This document shows, piece after piece, positions 1-12,395 of a DNA stretch of 64,000 nt. A program made the translations under genes and the position numbers. Where the stretch lies: assembly GCF_018977255.1 (NCBI RefSeq), contig NW_024704742.1, forward strand, positions 49,354,001 to 49,418,000, in the 5' to 3' direction. This DNA is from Callorhinchus milii (lineage: Eukaryota). The notes beneath the pieces are model-generated. The model made no database searches and was not told where the DNA came from. It saw only the letters and a list, made by a program, of their open reading frames with translations. Within the stretch, counting starts at the first letter, position 1. The number at the start of each line of letters is the position of its first letter.

Positions 1-24
1 GTTGAAGTCACAAATATTGAAACA

Positions 25-924
25 TCAGTGTATCCACAGGGCCACACATTACAACTGTTCCACCTTCATGGCATAGTTAAAAAATGACAAGATCATCCAA
101 GCTATCAATAGCTATTGTAAGATACTTCACTTCAGCCATGATCCAGAAATGGAATTTGAGGCTCATTAAGTTATCAATTTTATTAATGCTTTGTTCAATG
201 ACAGGGCATGAAAGAAACATTGAAATTATTCTAAAGAAGCACTACACAACAGTTGCACTTATATAGCAGCTTGCATGTAGGAGACCGTCTTAAAGTGCTT
301 TGCGCAGTCTAAATGGGAGCTCAGGTTGGAAGAGGAGGAGGGAGGAAGAAGGTGGCCAAATATATAGTGAAAAAGATAGGTTTGTAGAGGTATTGAAAGC
401 AGAGAAAGAGCGATGGAGCAAGGTTAAACTGACTTGAAGATGTTAAATAGATATGATGAAAATCTATTGCTAGCATTAGTATCAACATTTTCCCAGCAAA
501 CGGAAAGAAAAACTGGAAGTTTGTCATGTGAAACATTCCTAGTTGTTTTAAGTTTAAGTAAATTCCAATTGTTAATATTGCAGTGATCATTTGTGTTAGA
601 ATCTGTTTCTGTAAAATGGGCTCTGGAATTTTGATAGTTTTTCTTGAATGATGGTGATCATTGGATTGATTAATTCTTCAATCTGACTAATTTATAGCTG
701 CCATAATAATAAGAAGCAGTGCATCACAAGCGACTGTATTTTATTCTTCCTAGTCTGAAACCGGGGTCACAGCAAAAGAGAACTGTCGTTTGACTCCGAC
801 TCCCATTCTTTGCAGTAATCAGATTATTGTCAGTGGAGTAATTATGTGGGGAACAGTGATTAATTTCCTTCTCACTTTCAGGCCGGAACTCTGAATATCC
901 CACATATCCCAAAACAAGCAAAAC
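25..924 (-). pseudogene. Possible decayed sushi/CCP-domain coding fragments
   Basis: Minus strand 924-705 reads HCSPHNY..NG.RSQTTVLFCCDPGFRLG, then NTVACD after a frameshift. Minus strand ~165-25 gives IPFLDHG..DDLVIFN..CHEG..VVMCGP across stops and frameshifts. Confidence 0.35.
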
Positions 925-1199
925 CTGACAGCATGAGGAATAAGATACTGGTCAATAACATTTCAAAGTTGAGCATTTACTTTCTTCATTTAAAGGAGTA
1001 AAACAAGGTTTGTTTACATTCTTTGCAGCATTTGACCTTTTGTATTATTTACGTCAGTGCTGTGGAGTTAAAGCAACTATAGCATTTCCCTAGGCAATAA
1101 TTTGTTAATTTTCTTAAGTTCAAGAAATAAGTGCATTCAAGCAACCCAAGCAACATGTGAAGACTTAGCTTGATAAGATCCATAAATGTAAAAATATTA

Positions 1200-1545
1200 T
1201 TTCTATAAAATATAATAATCATCATTGCATTTGATGAAGTGTCTTAAGAAGCCAAAACATTCTGTTATGTGTAGTGACTGTGTATTTTTTGTGGCAGCCT
1301 AATTGCACATCATAATATTCCACAAACGACCAAACCAATGATTCATTTTATCTGCGGGTTGTTGGCCAGAATACTGAGTGAATCTCCCTTCTCTTTTCAA
1401 ATAGTATCATGGGATCTTTAACATTCATTCGAACAGTTTAACGTTTCATCTGAAAGCCAGCACCTCTGACAATGCAACACATCCCCAGCGCTGCATTGGA
1501 GTATAACCTCCATATGACTATGTGAGCTGAAGTCGGGAAGTGGCG
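1200..1545 (-). mobile_element. Deu-domain SINE (SacSINE1/AmnSINE1-like), eroded
   Basis: Reverse complement carries the Deu core (ctccaatgcagcgctgggg...gaggtgc...cagatgaaacgttaaac...aagatcccatgatactatttgaaaag...ctggccaac). Confidence 0.75.
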
Positions 1546-1559
1546 TAATGCTTTCCTGC

Positions 1560-2560
1560 AACTGTCGCCCCAAGCCTCAGTTTCCTCATTAGCTATCTTG
1601 CGGACAACTGCTTTCAGCGTGGTGGAAGGATCTTTACAGGACAGCGTGCAACATCCTAGCCATCTTGATGTTCTTGATGTCCAATGTCGTGTACCAGGCT
1701 TACTCAGCACCATTTGCTTAATCCAGGTCCTCATGTGAGGGGCCTTGGCAAACAGTCATGCCCACTGTGAAGCCGCCTCCGCCTCTGCCTCCAGGCCACT
1801 TTAGGACAGGTCAGTATAGGCCGGAGTCTGGAGGCGCTTTCCATGTTGCCACAAATCCACCTCACTGCTTGATCCTGGACTTTGTAAAACTGGATTAGAG
1901 GAAATTTCTATGCTCCATTCCCCAGGAGCTCGGGTCCATAAAGGAGGAGTGTTTGCACACAGGTCTTATATGCGCAAGCCTGACCTACATTGGGACCTTG
2001 CTGTCCTTGAAAAGAGTTGAGCATGACCAGAGTGCCCTTTGCCCCTTCTCTGCTTGGTCCTTCAGGGCAATGTACAGGCAAATATTGGTGTCCACCATGA
2101 CCCCGAGGTAGCAATAAGAATTAACAATTGGGATTGATGCCCCCTGTATCTTCCAATCAATACCCTCAAGGTCTTCTCTTGGGCTATGAGGAACCAGAAT
2201 TCCGCACTTGGGGACACCTACAGAAGCCCCACTATTCTGTCAGAAAGGCCTGGAACACATACACCAAGTCCAACCCCTCGATGCCATCCAACAAGTCATT
2301 GATGAACACATCAAATAAGCTGGGTGACAATGGGCAGTCTTGCCTTACCTCCTTTCAAGAGGAATGGACTCAGTGAGTCCACTTCTGATCCTTACAAAGA
2401 TTTTGGAGCTTGAGTATACATTCTGGAAAAATCCAAGATATGGCCATGGCTTTCAGTTTCAATATGAGGCACGAGGTCAAATGCCTTGCAGAAGTCGATG
2501 AACACAAAGTGGGTGGTTTTGCCCTTAGCCTTACGATATAGCCTCCAAGGCCTTGTTTCT
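1560..2560 (-). mobile_element. Eroded non-LTR retrotransposon RT fragment, RTE/RTEX-like
   Basis: Minus strand encodes FVFIDFCKAFDLVPH (~2509-2465), VRQDCPLSPSLFDVFINDLL (~2348-2288) and YKTCVQTLLLYGPELLG (~1970-1920). No YADD seen. Clade assignment is inference. Confidence 0.7.
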
Positions 2561-2564
2561 CCCT

Positions 2565-2920
2565 ACCTCTGTGACCTAACTCCCTACCAACCTGTCCGCT
2601 TCCTCCGCTGAGCGGGCTCCGGCTTGTTTCACATCAGCCATCTTGCCCGACCACCATTGGCGGGCAAACCTTCAGCCTCTCAGCCCCCACCCTCTGGAAC
2701 TCCAACCCAAAGTTCCTCTGGCTCGCCCTCTCCCTTGCCTCTTTCAAGACCCGTCTCAAGATCCTCCTCTTTGACCATACCTTTGGTCACAGTCCTATCC
2801 CTAAACTCCCTGTCCTCCACACCTCCTGATCCCAACCACCAGCTCGGGTGTGGATCCGTGACTGTCCAGCGCCTTGGGATGTCCTCCTCCACTATACAAA
2901 TGTAATTTGTTGTTGTAGTC
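2565..2920 (+). mobile_element. L2 LINE 3' fragment
   Basis: Same 3' sequence as the other L2 copies (ccttcagcctctcagcccccaccctctggaactcc...gcgccttgggatgtcc) with a (TTG)n tail. Confidence 0.85.
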
Positions 2921-2967
2921 TTATGCAATCTATCAATGTATGATGGCTTCCAAACTGTATTAGCCGT

Positions 2968-3125
2968 TTTTCAGTTGTCTGGGTGTGTGACATATGTAGA
3001 AATCCATTACCATGCTTATGACTATCCAAATCAGACTGAGAATTTCACATATGTATGCCACCTACACATGTAAATTTTCCTGTGTTGGGAATAGAGTGTG
3101 CACTCTCTCCCCGGAGAATCTTCAC
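2968..3125 (-). mobile_element. Unassigned structured ~560-bp element, 3' fragment
   Basis: Reverse complement aligns by eye with 62790-62927 (ggagagagtgc...catgtgtaggtgg...ctcag...ttggata...gtcacacacccag). Confidence 0.75.
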
Positions 3126-3922
3126 AGAAGATGGATATCAGTTATCGTCACCGACTTCACATCATTATAGGTTTCAGTGGTTTCTCCAACAACGAGACGA
3201 ATTTGGTGCTTTTTCAATGTTCACTTGATAACATTAGTGGTGTAACATTAGCAGCAAAATGCTGTTACTGGCAGTGCTACAGGAATAAAATATACCAGTG
3301 GTGTTAATGGTATGTTATACAAAAGAGTAGTGATAGATCTTGGCAAAGGGAGATATTGAACAAGGCAAAATTATTTGTACAATTAACTCCTTTCACCAAA
3401 TAATTTATGGGGTATTTTGTTTGTCAATAAAAATAACTAAAAGTAATAATAATCTCTGGATTTCATCCAGCACCTTTGTCGTCAAGAGGACGTCTCAAAT
3501 TATTTCACAGGATTCACTGTAAAATGTTGTACTTTTTGGAGGCAAATGTTGTAAATCAATATAATAGGAATCAGCAAGAGCATATTTTTAGTTCCCAGAT
3601 GCATGTTATTGGTTGTTTAATCAATCAGAGATATTTGTAATCTCCAGGATTCAAGGTTAGATTGAAGCTACAAAAAATAGATAAATCTACTACATTGCTG
3701 TGCACAGTTGGGCTGCCATGTTTGCCTACAAATATACAGTCACTCCACTTTACAGTAAATCTTATGAAGTGCTTTGGGATGTCTTGATGACATGATGGGC
3801 GCTGTACAAAATCCAAGCATCATTTTATTATTATCAGGCTGGAGGGGTTGGGGGGCACAATTAAATTAGATGTCAAAGTGATTCATGATTTTGAACAATG
3901 TTTATTTATATAAGGAGCATGG

Positions 3923-4325
3923 TGTCAGCCTGGCTGAGTTGATAACACTCTTGCTTCTGAATCTGAAGATTGTGGGTTCAAGCCCCATATTGGGACTTTG
4001 AGCTTAACATCTAGGCTGACGCTCAAGCACGGGACTGGGGAAAAACTGCAACGCTGGAGGTGCTGTCCTGAGGTTGATACATGTAGCTGAGAACCCTGTG
4101 CAAGAGGATGTTATTTGAAAAGAGAAGAGAGTTTCGCCTGGTGTCCTGACAACAAACTCCAATGAAATTGGTTATTCAATTCATGGTTGTTTGTGAGTCA
4201 TTACTATGCACAAATTGGCTGCTGTGTTTGTCTACAAATATGGAGTCACTACACTTTACAGTAAATTCTGTAAAAAAAAGCATTGAGACATTTCAATGAC
4301 TTGTTAAGGCTCTATAAATGCAATA
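3923..4325 (+). mobile_element. Deu-domain SINE with tRNA-like head
   Basis: Head tggctgagttgataacactcttgcttctga...gggttcaagcccc, then the Deu core and an L2-type tail. Confidence 0.75.
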
Positions 4326-5082
4326 ATTTTTTAAAAAATTCTTGTGGATATTGAGTAATACATTTCACTGCAGCACTAATCTAAGTGTTTCTACTGATGC
4401 TTGAGAGATTTTTACAATTGATTCTTTTCTCTGTATTTATTGCCAAATAAACCAGCCTGGAACACATATTCTGGGCATTTTCCTTGACAAAGAAGAATTA
4501 ACTGTTTTATGTTTGATTGGCGGGGTGGATTCACGGAGCTGGAACGGCAGTGAAGCTGGTGATACTGTGGCTTAAAGGTTTCGCTGTATACAAGTCTCCA
4601 GGGATTCTTGGTCTGAAAGGAATGAATTCTGCATTAGGAGTTGTCACCTGTGCTCTACAGCACCAAGCTGAGAATGTGATACAGCAATTCTGCTTGAGTG
4701 CCTCCTGGACAGACTTGCAATAAAAGACACCATGGATTTATTATTTCAGACACTTCAATTATAGGATCATTTTGAACTCCCTATTCATTGTCGCGCACTA
4801 ATTTACACATATATTCCGTCATGGTAAAACTTCCCTATCAAATCAGTTTATTGTCATTCATGTGATGATTCATGTAATATTTTTGATCAGGACTACTAGA
4901 TGTCACATACAGTAGAAATTATTAAAGCAGATATGGAAAGAATAGAATGTTTTTCTCTCCCTACTCTCCTTAAGATATTGAGGACCAATTGTGGGGGCTT
5001 TAAACACACTCTGGCCCCTTGTACAAATGACGATTCTTAACGCATGAGCCAACACTGCACATACAGCTTTTCAGCTGAGGAT

Positions 5083-5520
5083 AATATAATAATAATAATC
5101 CTTGAATTTGCTATAGTGCCTTATCACATCATCATAAAGTGATTCTTTATATACTGCAAAGTGATGTGACGTTTTGTATTTGTGGTATTTTGTGGGTAAA
5201 TGCAGCAACCAATTTGCACACAGCAATATCCTGCAAAGAGGGTGAATGACTAATTTTTCTGAGGGATTGTTGGTGACTGCACTGGGAGAAATGCCCTTCA
5301 CTTTTTGAATAATACCATAGACTCTTTAATGTCCCCTGAACTGGCAAATGGGGCCTCAATTTAACATTCATCTGGACGGCACCTCCAACAATGAAGCACA
5401 CACCCCAGCCCTGCATTGGGGCGTCAGCTGAGACTAAATGGGATCCAAGTCTCAATGTGCAGCTTGAACCCACAACCTTCTGACTCAGAGATGAGAATGT
5501 TATCAACTGAGCAAGGCTGA
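5083..5520 (-). mobile_element. Deu-domain SINE, near full length
   Basis: On the minus strand: tRNA-like head (ctcagttgataac...ggttgtgggttcaag), Deu core, L2-type tail ending in (TTA)n. Confidence 0.8.
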
Positions 5521-5744
5521 AACACATATATACTGTACTGTTTCCATTAGCTCTATATTGATTCTATTTTCAGTCTTGTGAGTAGACAGGACAAAATTTT
5601 ACTATATTGGCCTTTTGCTTTTTTTGTGGGGAGCGAGGTTGGGTGTGAATACCTAATGCCTCATATACTTTTGCATATACTTCAATAATGCAACAAAACA
5701 TCACATCTATTCTTCATATAAGTAGAACTGAGTTTACCCTTTCT

Positions 5745-5902
5745 TTGACCGTGCCTTGGTCGCCCTCCCACCTCTCTACCTTCCCTCATCACTACACCAC
5801 CCCTCCCCCATGTTCAGGCCCCGACACTTGACTGTTCAGCGCTTTGGGACGTCCTCCTAACGTGAAAGGCGCTCAATAAATGTACCTTTGTTGTTGTTGT
5901 TT
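5745..5902 (+). mobile_element. L2 LINE 3' end fragment
   Basis: gcgctttgggacgtcctcctaacgtgaaaggcgct...(TTG)n. Confidence 0.8.
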
Positions 5903-5979
5903 ACACACTCTATACTGATACATATACAGGAAGTCAATGTACAGGACTTTTGTTTTTGATCAGTGGGTGTTTGACACAT

Positions 5980-6105
5980 ATAATAATAATCCTTGCATTT
6001 GATATAGTGCTTTTCACATCTTCTAGACATCTCAAAGTGTTTCATAGAATATACTGTAAATTGAATTGACTGTATATTTGTGGGCGAAATGGTGGAAACC
6101 AATCA
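5980..6105 (-). mobile_element. tRNA-SINE 3' fragment
   Basis: Antisense to the tail of the 19850-20220 SINE. Confidence 0.8.
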
Positions 6106-6134
6106 CCATGCTCAACAGTATCCAAACGAGACTG

Positions 6135-6495
6135 ATAGTTCCAAGGTGACATGTCTGGCAAAGGAATATCGGAATAGAGCCAGCCCTCTACGGCAGTCTT
6201 GGTAGTCTGTTTCCTGAGCTAGGCGAGTCTGAAGTATTCCAGGGCATTGCTGATGACAGCACAGCCAGCCTGGTTCATCGGCAGGACCTGGAAGGATAGA
6301 CCAGTCATGAGGGGCAGGGAGTCATCCCACTCAGCTCCTGATACCCCTGCAATTAACTGAAACTGCATAGCTTGCTATTGAGCGCACTGTCTGGATAGCT
6401 TCCTGCTAGTTAGCCAGATAGGACCGCCCTATGGTCCTATCTTGCCTTACAAGGTCAATAGAAACCGAGTGGGAAGAATCCCTGCTCCTAACTGC
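6135..6495. mobile_element. Unassigned structured element: + strand 5' half (6135-6352) joined to an inverted middle fragment (6352-6495)
   Basis: 6135-6352 matches 62390-62602. The reverse complement of 6352-6495 matches ~62552-62700. Confidence 0.75.
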
Positions 6496-6540
6496 ACTTG
6501 GGACAACATTCTTCAATCTCACAGCCAATGAATGCAACGT

Positions 6541-6880
6541 CAACAACAACAAAATTACATTTATAGAGCATCTTTTACGTTGGGAGGATGTTCCAAAGCA
6601 CTGAACAGTCATGTGTCGGGCCCGAGCATGGGGGAGGGGTGAGGGAAGGCAGAGAGGTGGGAGGGTGACCAAAGGCATGGTCGAAGAGAAGGGTCTTGAG
6701 ACCGGCCTTGAAGGAGGCAAGGGAGGAAGTGAGGAGAAGGGACCGTGGGATGGATTTCCAGAGTGTGGGGGCAGAGAGGCTGAAAGCCCGACCACCAATG
6801 GTAGAGCGGATTGGGCGGGAGACATGGAGCAGACTGGAGCCCGATGAACGGAGGGAGCGGGCAGGTTGGTAGACAGCTAG
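6541..6880 (-). mobile_element. L2 LINE 3' fragment
   Basis: Encodes YQPARSLRSSGSSLLHV...GGRAFSLSAPTLWKSIP...FKAGLKTLLF. (CAA)n on the + strand. Confidence 0.9.
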
Positions 6881-7584
6881 TTCTGCGAATCTCACGCAAA
6901 ACTATTTCTAGCCATTGTAATTCATGCCTTTCATATTCTTTTCACTTTCACCACCTTTCCATTTAAGTTCTGAACCAAAGTAGAATGAGATCTGAACCAC
7001 TTCATACTCCTCATCGCTTATATTTTACTTTGTTTCCTTTTCCCTAATTTCTTTTAATAGCCTTCACAAAACCTTTGTCATCTGAACATTGATCTTGTTT
7101 CCATTTTCCCTCTTCCCCTGCCAATACTCTGGTTAGTCGCATTTCATTAGGCAAGGTCAACGCTGTCAGTACTGTTAGCCAGGATGTAAAAAGTTGCTTG
7201 ATTCACTCAGTGATGAGCTGTCTTCTTCAATTTAACACCACTCTTGTGAATGACTAAAAATGCATGATCTTTATATGATTAAATTTTAACAAATATAATA
7301 ACGTGGGAGAGGATTATGTCAAGTGATAGATTTGTGTCCGTTCTATCTTTTCTTCAATTAAGATTGTTAGAAAATGAAAGCCACAAACCTAAGCGTGACA
7401 CAATTGAGCGTCTCTTTATTTGGCAAGAAAAATGCAAATGCTGAGAGGATGACAAGATGAAATAAGTCATGATTCAATATTAAAATTGTCTCGTGGACTG
7501 TTGCTTATCTTTGTATCATTCAATATAATGATATATCCTGTAGTATTTTTAACTCAATTCAGGCCACCATACATTATTTCTTAA

Positions 7585-8375
7585 AACAAAAACAGAAGTC
7601 GCTGGGAACACTCAGCAGGTCAGGCAGCATCTATGGAGAAAGGAAAGCAAGTCAACGTTTTGGGTCCACAACCCTTCGGCAGAACTGGGGCATGTTGGGA
7701 GGGAGAGGCTTTTAAGGGCTAACAAAGAGGAGGGAGGCAGGACAAGGAAGACAAAGGACAAAATGGGGTAGAGGACAGGGGATGATGGGTTAAAGAGATG
7801 TTAATGATGCCAAACAAAGGGGGGGATTGCAACAAAGCAGGGGATTAGAGGTGTTAATACTGCAGAACAAAAGGGGGGGGTGGGGGGGGGAGAACTTGCA
7901 ACAAAACAGGCAGATCAGGGAGAGAAAATGTGTGTCTGGGACCAAGATGGTGTGGTAACGGTCACAGAAGATGGGGAAGGTGAGCTGTTATGATCTGAAA
8001 TTATTGAAATCAATAATGAGGCCAGAGGCTGTAAGGTCCCTAGCAGATAAATGAGGTGCTGTCCCTCGAGCTTGTGCTGTGGCTCATTGGAATAGTGTAA
8101 GAGACCATGGATGGAGAGATCAGAGTGCGAGTGGAAGGGAGAGTTGAAGTTGCAAGAGGCCGGAAGCTCACGGTTGAATGTACGGACAGAAAGGAGGTGT
8201 TCAGCAAATCGGTCACCCAATCTGGGTTTTGTCTCCCCAATGAAGAGGAGACCACATCGTGAGCAGCGAATGCAGTAAACTACGTTGATGGTCGTACACG
8301 TAAATCGCTATCTCACTTGAAAACTATGTTTGGGGCCCTGGACAGTGGTATAGGAGGAGGTGAAAGGGCAGGTTT
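7585..8375 (-). mobile_element. Penelope-like element 3' part (GIY-YIG endonuclease + repeat/UTR)
   Basis: Minus strand encodes FTCTTINVVYCIRCSRCGLLFIGETKPRLGDRFAEHL...HSHSDLSIHGL...EGQHLIYLLGTLQP, typical of Penelope/Poseidon GIY-YIG domains. Stops present. Confidence 0.9.
7645..7688 (-). ncRNA. Degenerate minimal hammerhead ribozyme motif of the Penelope-like element
   Basis: Minus strand CTGCCGAAGGGTTGTGGACCCAAAACGTTGAC = CUGANGA-like core, stem II GGGT/ACCC, GAAAC-like core. Both core boxes carry a substitution. Confidence 0.6.
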
Positions 8376-8948
8376 CTTTCTTGATCTAGATGCTTTCTTG
8401 AGTGTGTCAACAAAGTAACAACAATAACAACAACATCAATACTAATTTACACTTGGGAGAATGTCTGAGAGCACTTTATAAAAATGCGTGGGAGCCCAAG
8501 CTGGGACAGAATCAAGGGTGGTGGTGGAGGAGAACTAACCAGTACAATAGAGAGCGAAGAAACAATTGAATTGATTATATCTCCTCCAAAATTTCTTCTA
8601 CTGTTTTATCCAAATTTCAAATATATTGGTCACATTTCCCTCCCTTGTTTCCCTCGTGCTTCAAGTAAGCCATCCTGTGCACTCAGGCTTTCTTGATTTA
8701 AAAACAATTCTTTTAATGTCTCTGCCCAGCTAATTTAAAATGTTATAACCACTACACCGCATAGCATGTCACGATGTTCAAGAGCATGACCAATCCTGCA
8801 GGCAGCCAGCTTTGTGCATATATTCGTCAGCATACACAAGAGATTCTCCATGGATATTAAAACATCAAATAAACAGAATTATTTCATAGATTCAGAAGCA
8901 AGGGATGTTCATTTAATTTCACCGCTGTTAAATTATCCAAAACATGGA

Positions 8949-10800
8949 AACAATAACAAAATTACATTTGTAAAGCACCTTTCACGTCGACAGGATATGA
9001 AACCAGATTCTTGGCAGGGCACGGTGCTGAACAGTCGGGGATCAGAACTCGAGCATGGGGGTCAGGGTTGGGCTGAGAGAGGGCAGAGGAGGTAGGAGGG
9101 CGTCTGAAGGTACCGTCGAAAAGGAGGGTCTTGAGTCGTGCCTTGAAGGAGGCAAGGGAGGGAGCAAGGCGAAGGGATTGTGGGATGTTGTTCCAGAGGG
9201 TGGGAGCAGAGAGGCTGAAGGCCCACTCGCCAATGGTAGGGCAGGCCGGACGAGAGACATAGAGCAGGCTGGAGCCTGCTGAACGGAGAGAGTGGACAGG
9301 TTGATAGGGGGTCAGTAGGTCAGAAATGTAGGAGGGGGCAAGGCCATGGAGGGCCTTCAAAGTGAGGACAAGGATTTTGAATTCTATCCTCCGAAGGATG
9401 GGGAGCCAGTGGAGCCGGGCGAGGGTGGGGGTGATGGGGTCACGGAGGGTGGTAGGGGAGAGGACATGAGCTGCAGAGTTCTGGATCGTCTGCAGCTTGT
9501 AGAGGGAAGATTTGGGGAGGCTGACAAGTAGGAACCTTCCGTAATCAAGCCTTGAGGTGACGAATGCATGTATGAGGGTTTCGGCGGCCTGAGTGATGAG
9601 GCAGTGGTGGAGTCGGGCAATGTTGTGGAGGAGAAGGCAGAACTGGTCATGGCACAGATATGGGTGAGAAAGGACAGTTGAAGTTCGAACAAGACACCCA
9701 GGTTCCTGACTAGCTTGATGAGGTAGAGTGAGCACCTGTGGATGCTGATGCTGCCAGTGGCTGAGGTGCCGAGGCGCTGGTGTGAGCCGGGCCTTGGTAT
9801 TGCTGAATTCAGCTGTAGAAAGTTAGCTCTCATCCAGGACTTGATGCCTGACAGATAGTTGTCCTGGAATCGAGGATGAAGGCAGAGAGATAGAGTTGGG
9901 TGTCATACGCGTACATGTAGAAGTTGACCCCATGTCTGCGGACGGATGATGTCACCAAGTGGGAGCATGTAGAGGTTGAAGAGGAGAGGACTGAGGACAG
10001 AACCCTGAGGACCACTGCCATGACTGTGCGGAGACTGGAGTGGTATAGTTGGCGGAGATGGTGTGTGAGATAAGACCTGAAACATTCAACGACAGAACCT
10101 TGAAGGTTGAGGTGAGAGGAGAGACGATGGAGAAGGATGGAGTGATCCACAATATCGAAGGCAGCAGAGAGGTTGAGGAGGCAGAGGGAGCCCCCTGATC
10201 ACAGATGGACAGAATTTTGTTTGTCACATTGACCAGAGCAGTTTCCGTGCAGTGAGCAGCACGGAAACTCAATTGGAGGGGCTCGTGAAGGGAGTTGGCA
10301 GAAGAGGAATCAATGAATCTGGGAAGCAACAACTCCTTCAAGAACCTTGGAAAGAAAATGAAAGTTGGAGATGGGCAGGTTAGTTGGAAAACAGGGATGG
10401 GTCCAGGGAAGGTTTTTTCAGGATGGGGTGATTACAGCTGTTTTTAGGCGGATGGGAAAGGTGTCAGATGATAGGGAGAGATTGATGGTGTCAGAGAGTA
10501 GAGGGGTGATGAGGAGGAGCTGGGAGGTAAGGAGAGAAGTGGGGATGGGGTCAGGGGAGCAGGTGGCATGTTTCATGCTGGATATGGTGGCGATGAGAGT
10601 AGGGGAAGACAGGTTCGAAAATGTGGAGGGAGGGATTGGTAGGGGTTGGAGTGTGGGGGGGAGAAGGGACGGAGTGGCAGTTGGGAGGGCAGAGGCAGCT
10701 GAATGGATGCCCTCAATTTTGGACTCGAGGAAATCCAGCATCGCCTCACAGTCAGAGCATTAGGAGAGAATGGGCGAGGATCAATGAACATGATTGTTGT
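8949..10800 (-). mobile_element. L2 LINE, 5'-truncated, older copy with several frameshifts
   Basis: Fragments [75 protein letters not shown]. Confidence 0.95.
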
Positions 10801-12169
10801 CAAATCGATTGTGGATCAACATGATCCAAGTTTTCTTCAGATAAAGAGAAACCTAATATAATAAAATAATTCTTGCATTTGGAAATAGCACTTTGTCACA
10901 TCATCGAGTCAACTCAAAGTGCTTCACAGGATTTTACTACGAAGTGTAATGACTGTGCATTTTTTGCAGGTGGATGCAGCAGCTTATTTGCACACAGCAA
11001 TGTCCCACTGACAGTTATGGGCAATTTTATCTGATGTATTGTCAGAAATCTAAAAAATATCAATGATAGATTCATAGAAAATTACAGTGCAGAGGAGACC
11101 ATTTGGCGCATTGAATCTGTGGTGGATCTCAGAGCAAATTGTTCAATCCCATTGATCTGAAGATTGGAGAAGATATTTTGCACAAAAGTAAAATAGGCGA
11201 AGAGAGACTACGTATTTGATGTAGCGGCTATAAAATCAAAATGTCTCAAAGTGCTTGTTATGTACATGCTGCAAAGTGTAGTGACTACGTATTGGTAGGC
11301 TGACCCAGCACCCAATCTGTACAAACAGTCATGAAATGATTGACCAATTTTACCTGGAGGACTGTTGTGCAGGATACAACAACAACAAGATTACATTTGT
11401 ATAGTAACAATACTGATCAGCAATCCTTTATTATAAATGAAGGAAATGCCTATAAAATATGGAGTCACTACACTTTACACTAAATCTTGTGAAGTACTTT
11501 ACAATGTCCTCCTTTTGTAACAGGCACCATATCAAATGAAATGATTATCGTTATGAAGAAACCGTGATTAGAAATGGAAGAGTCCATGATCCTCAATAGA
11601 ACTTGTGTTAGACCCCTGACCCTCCATATCTTGATATTATAATGAATCTGTTCTTAACTGGCCTGATTCTCTGACTTGTCAGATTACATGTCTCTTTTTT
11701 TCATAGCAAAACCTAGGAATTAATCTGCAGCATTAAACTGGTCAGATTATCGTCCTCCCCTCATGCTTTTCTTCTCTGTTGCTTTTAGATTTCCCTTTAG
11801 CTGCATTTTTTAACTCTTTCAAATATTTACATCACATGCTCTACATTGCCTATGCTTTAGGTATCTTTAACAAATTCCATAATAAAATCTTACAAGTCAT
11901 TTTGCTTTCAATGGAAAATATCCCGCTTTAGACATACTCCAAAATGAATAAATAAAGGCAGCAAAATAAAATATTACACGGGTGAAATAACCACTTACAA
12001 ATCCCTCGGGTTCACTTGGTTGGAGATGAAAAATGACTTGTCATAATCTGGAACGTCTACTCAATGGACATAAACAGAAGAACAATTTCATTCTTGCTCC
12101 TTTAGAGATTATTCATATCTAGAATCAAAGCTGAGCCATTGTAGATCAAGAATCACTCATTCAAGAGAA

Positions 12170-12395
12170 GAACTTAAACTTTGTGGCAGATCACCAGCCT
12201 AGGGCCTAGGATAGAACTTCTGACAGACCACTTTTAGGGAACAAAGTTAAACCTTGATATATCATTACTTAGGAGACACGGTTCAATCTTGTAATAGATC
12301 AAAACCCTCCCGGTAAAAACCTTAATCTTTGACAAATCACTGTTTTTAGGGAATTGAGGTTAAACCTTGTGATAGATCACTACCTTTAAGGGAGG
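12170..12395. repeat. Degenerate minisatellite, ~6 units of ~37-41 bp
   Basis: Recurring ttaaac(c/t)ttg..a.agatcac....ttaggga units. Confidence 0.55.

Noticed and set aside
4517..4723. Immunoglobulin J-like motif (HGAGTAVKLV) or exon
   Set aside because: No F/W-G-x-G in proper context, no recombination signal sequence and no clear splice sites.
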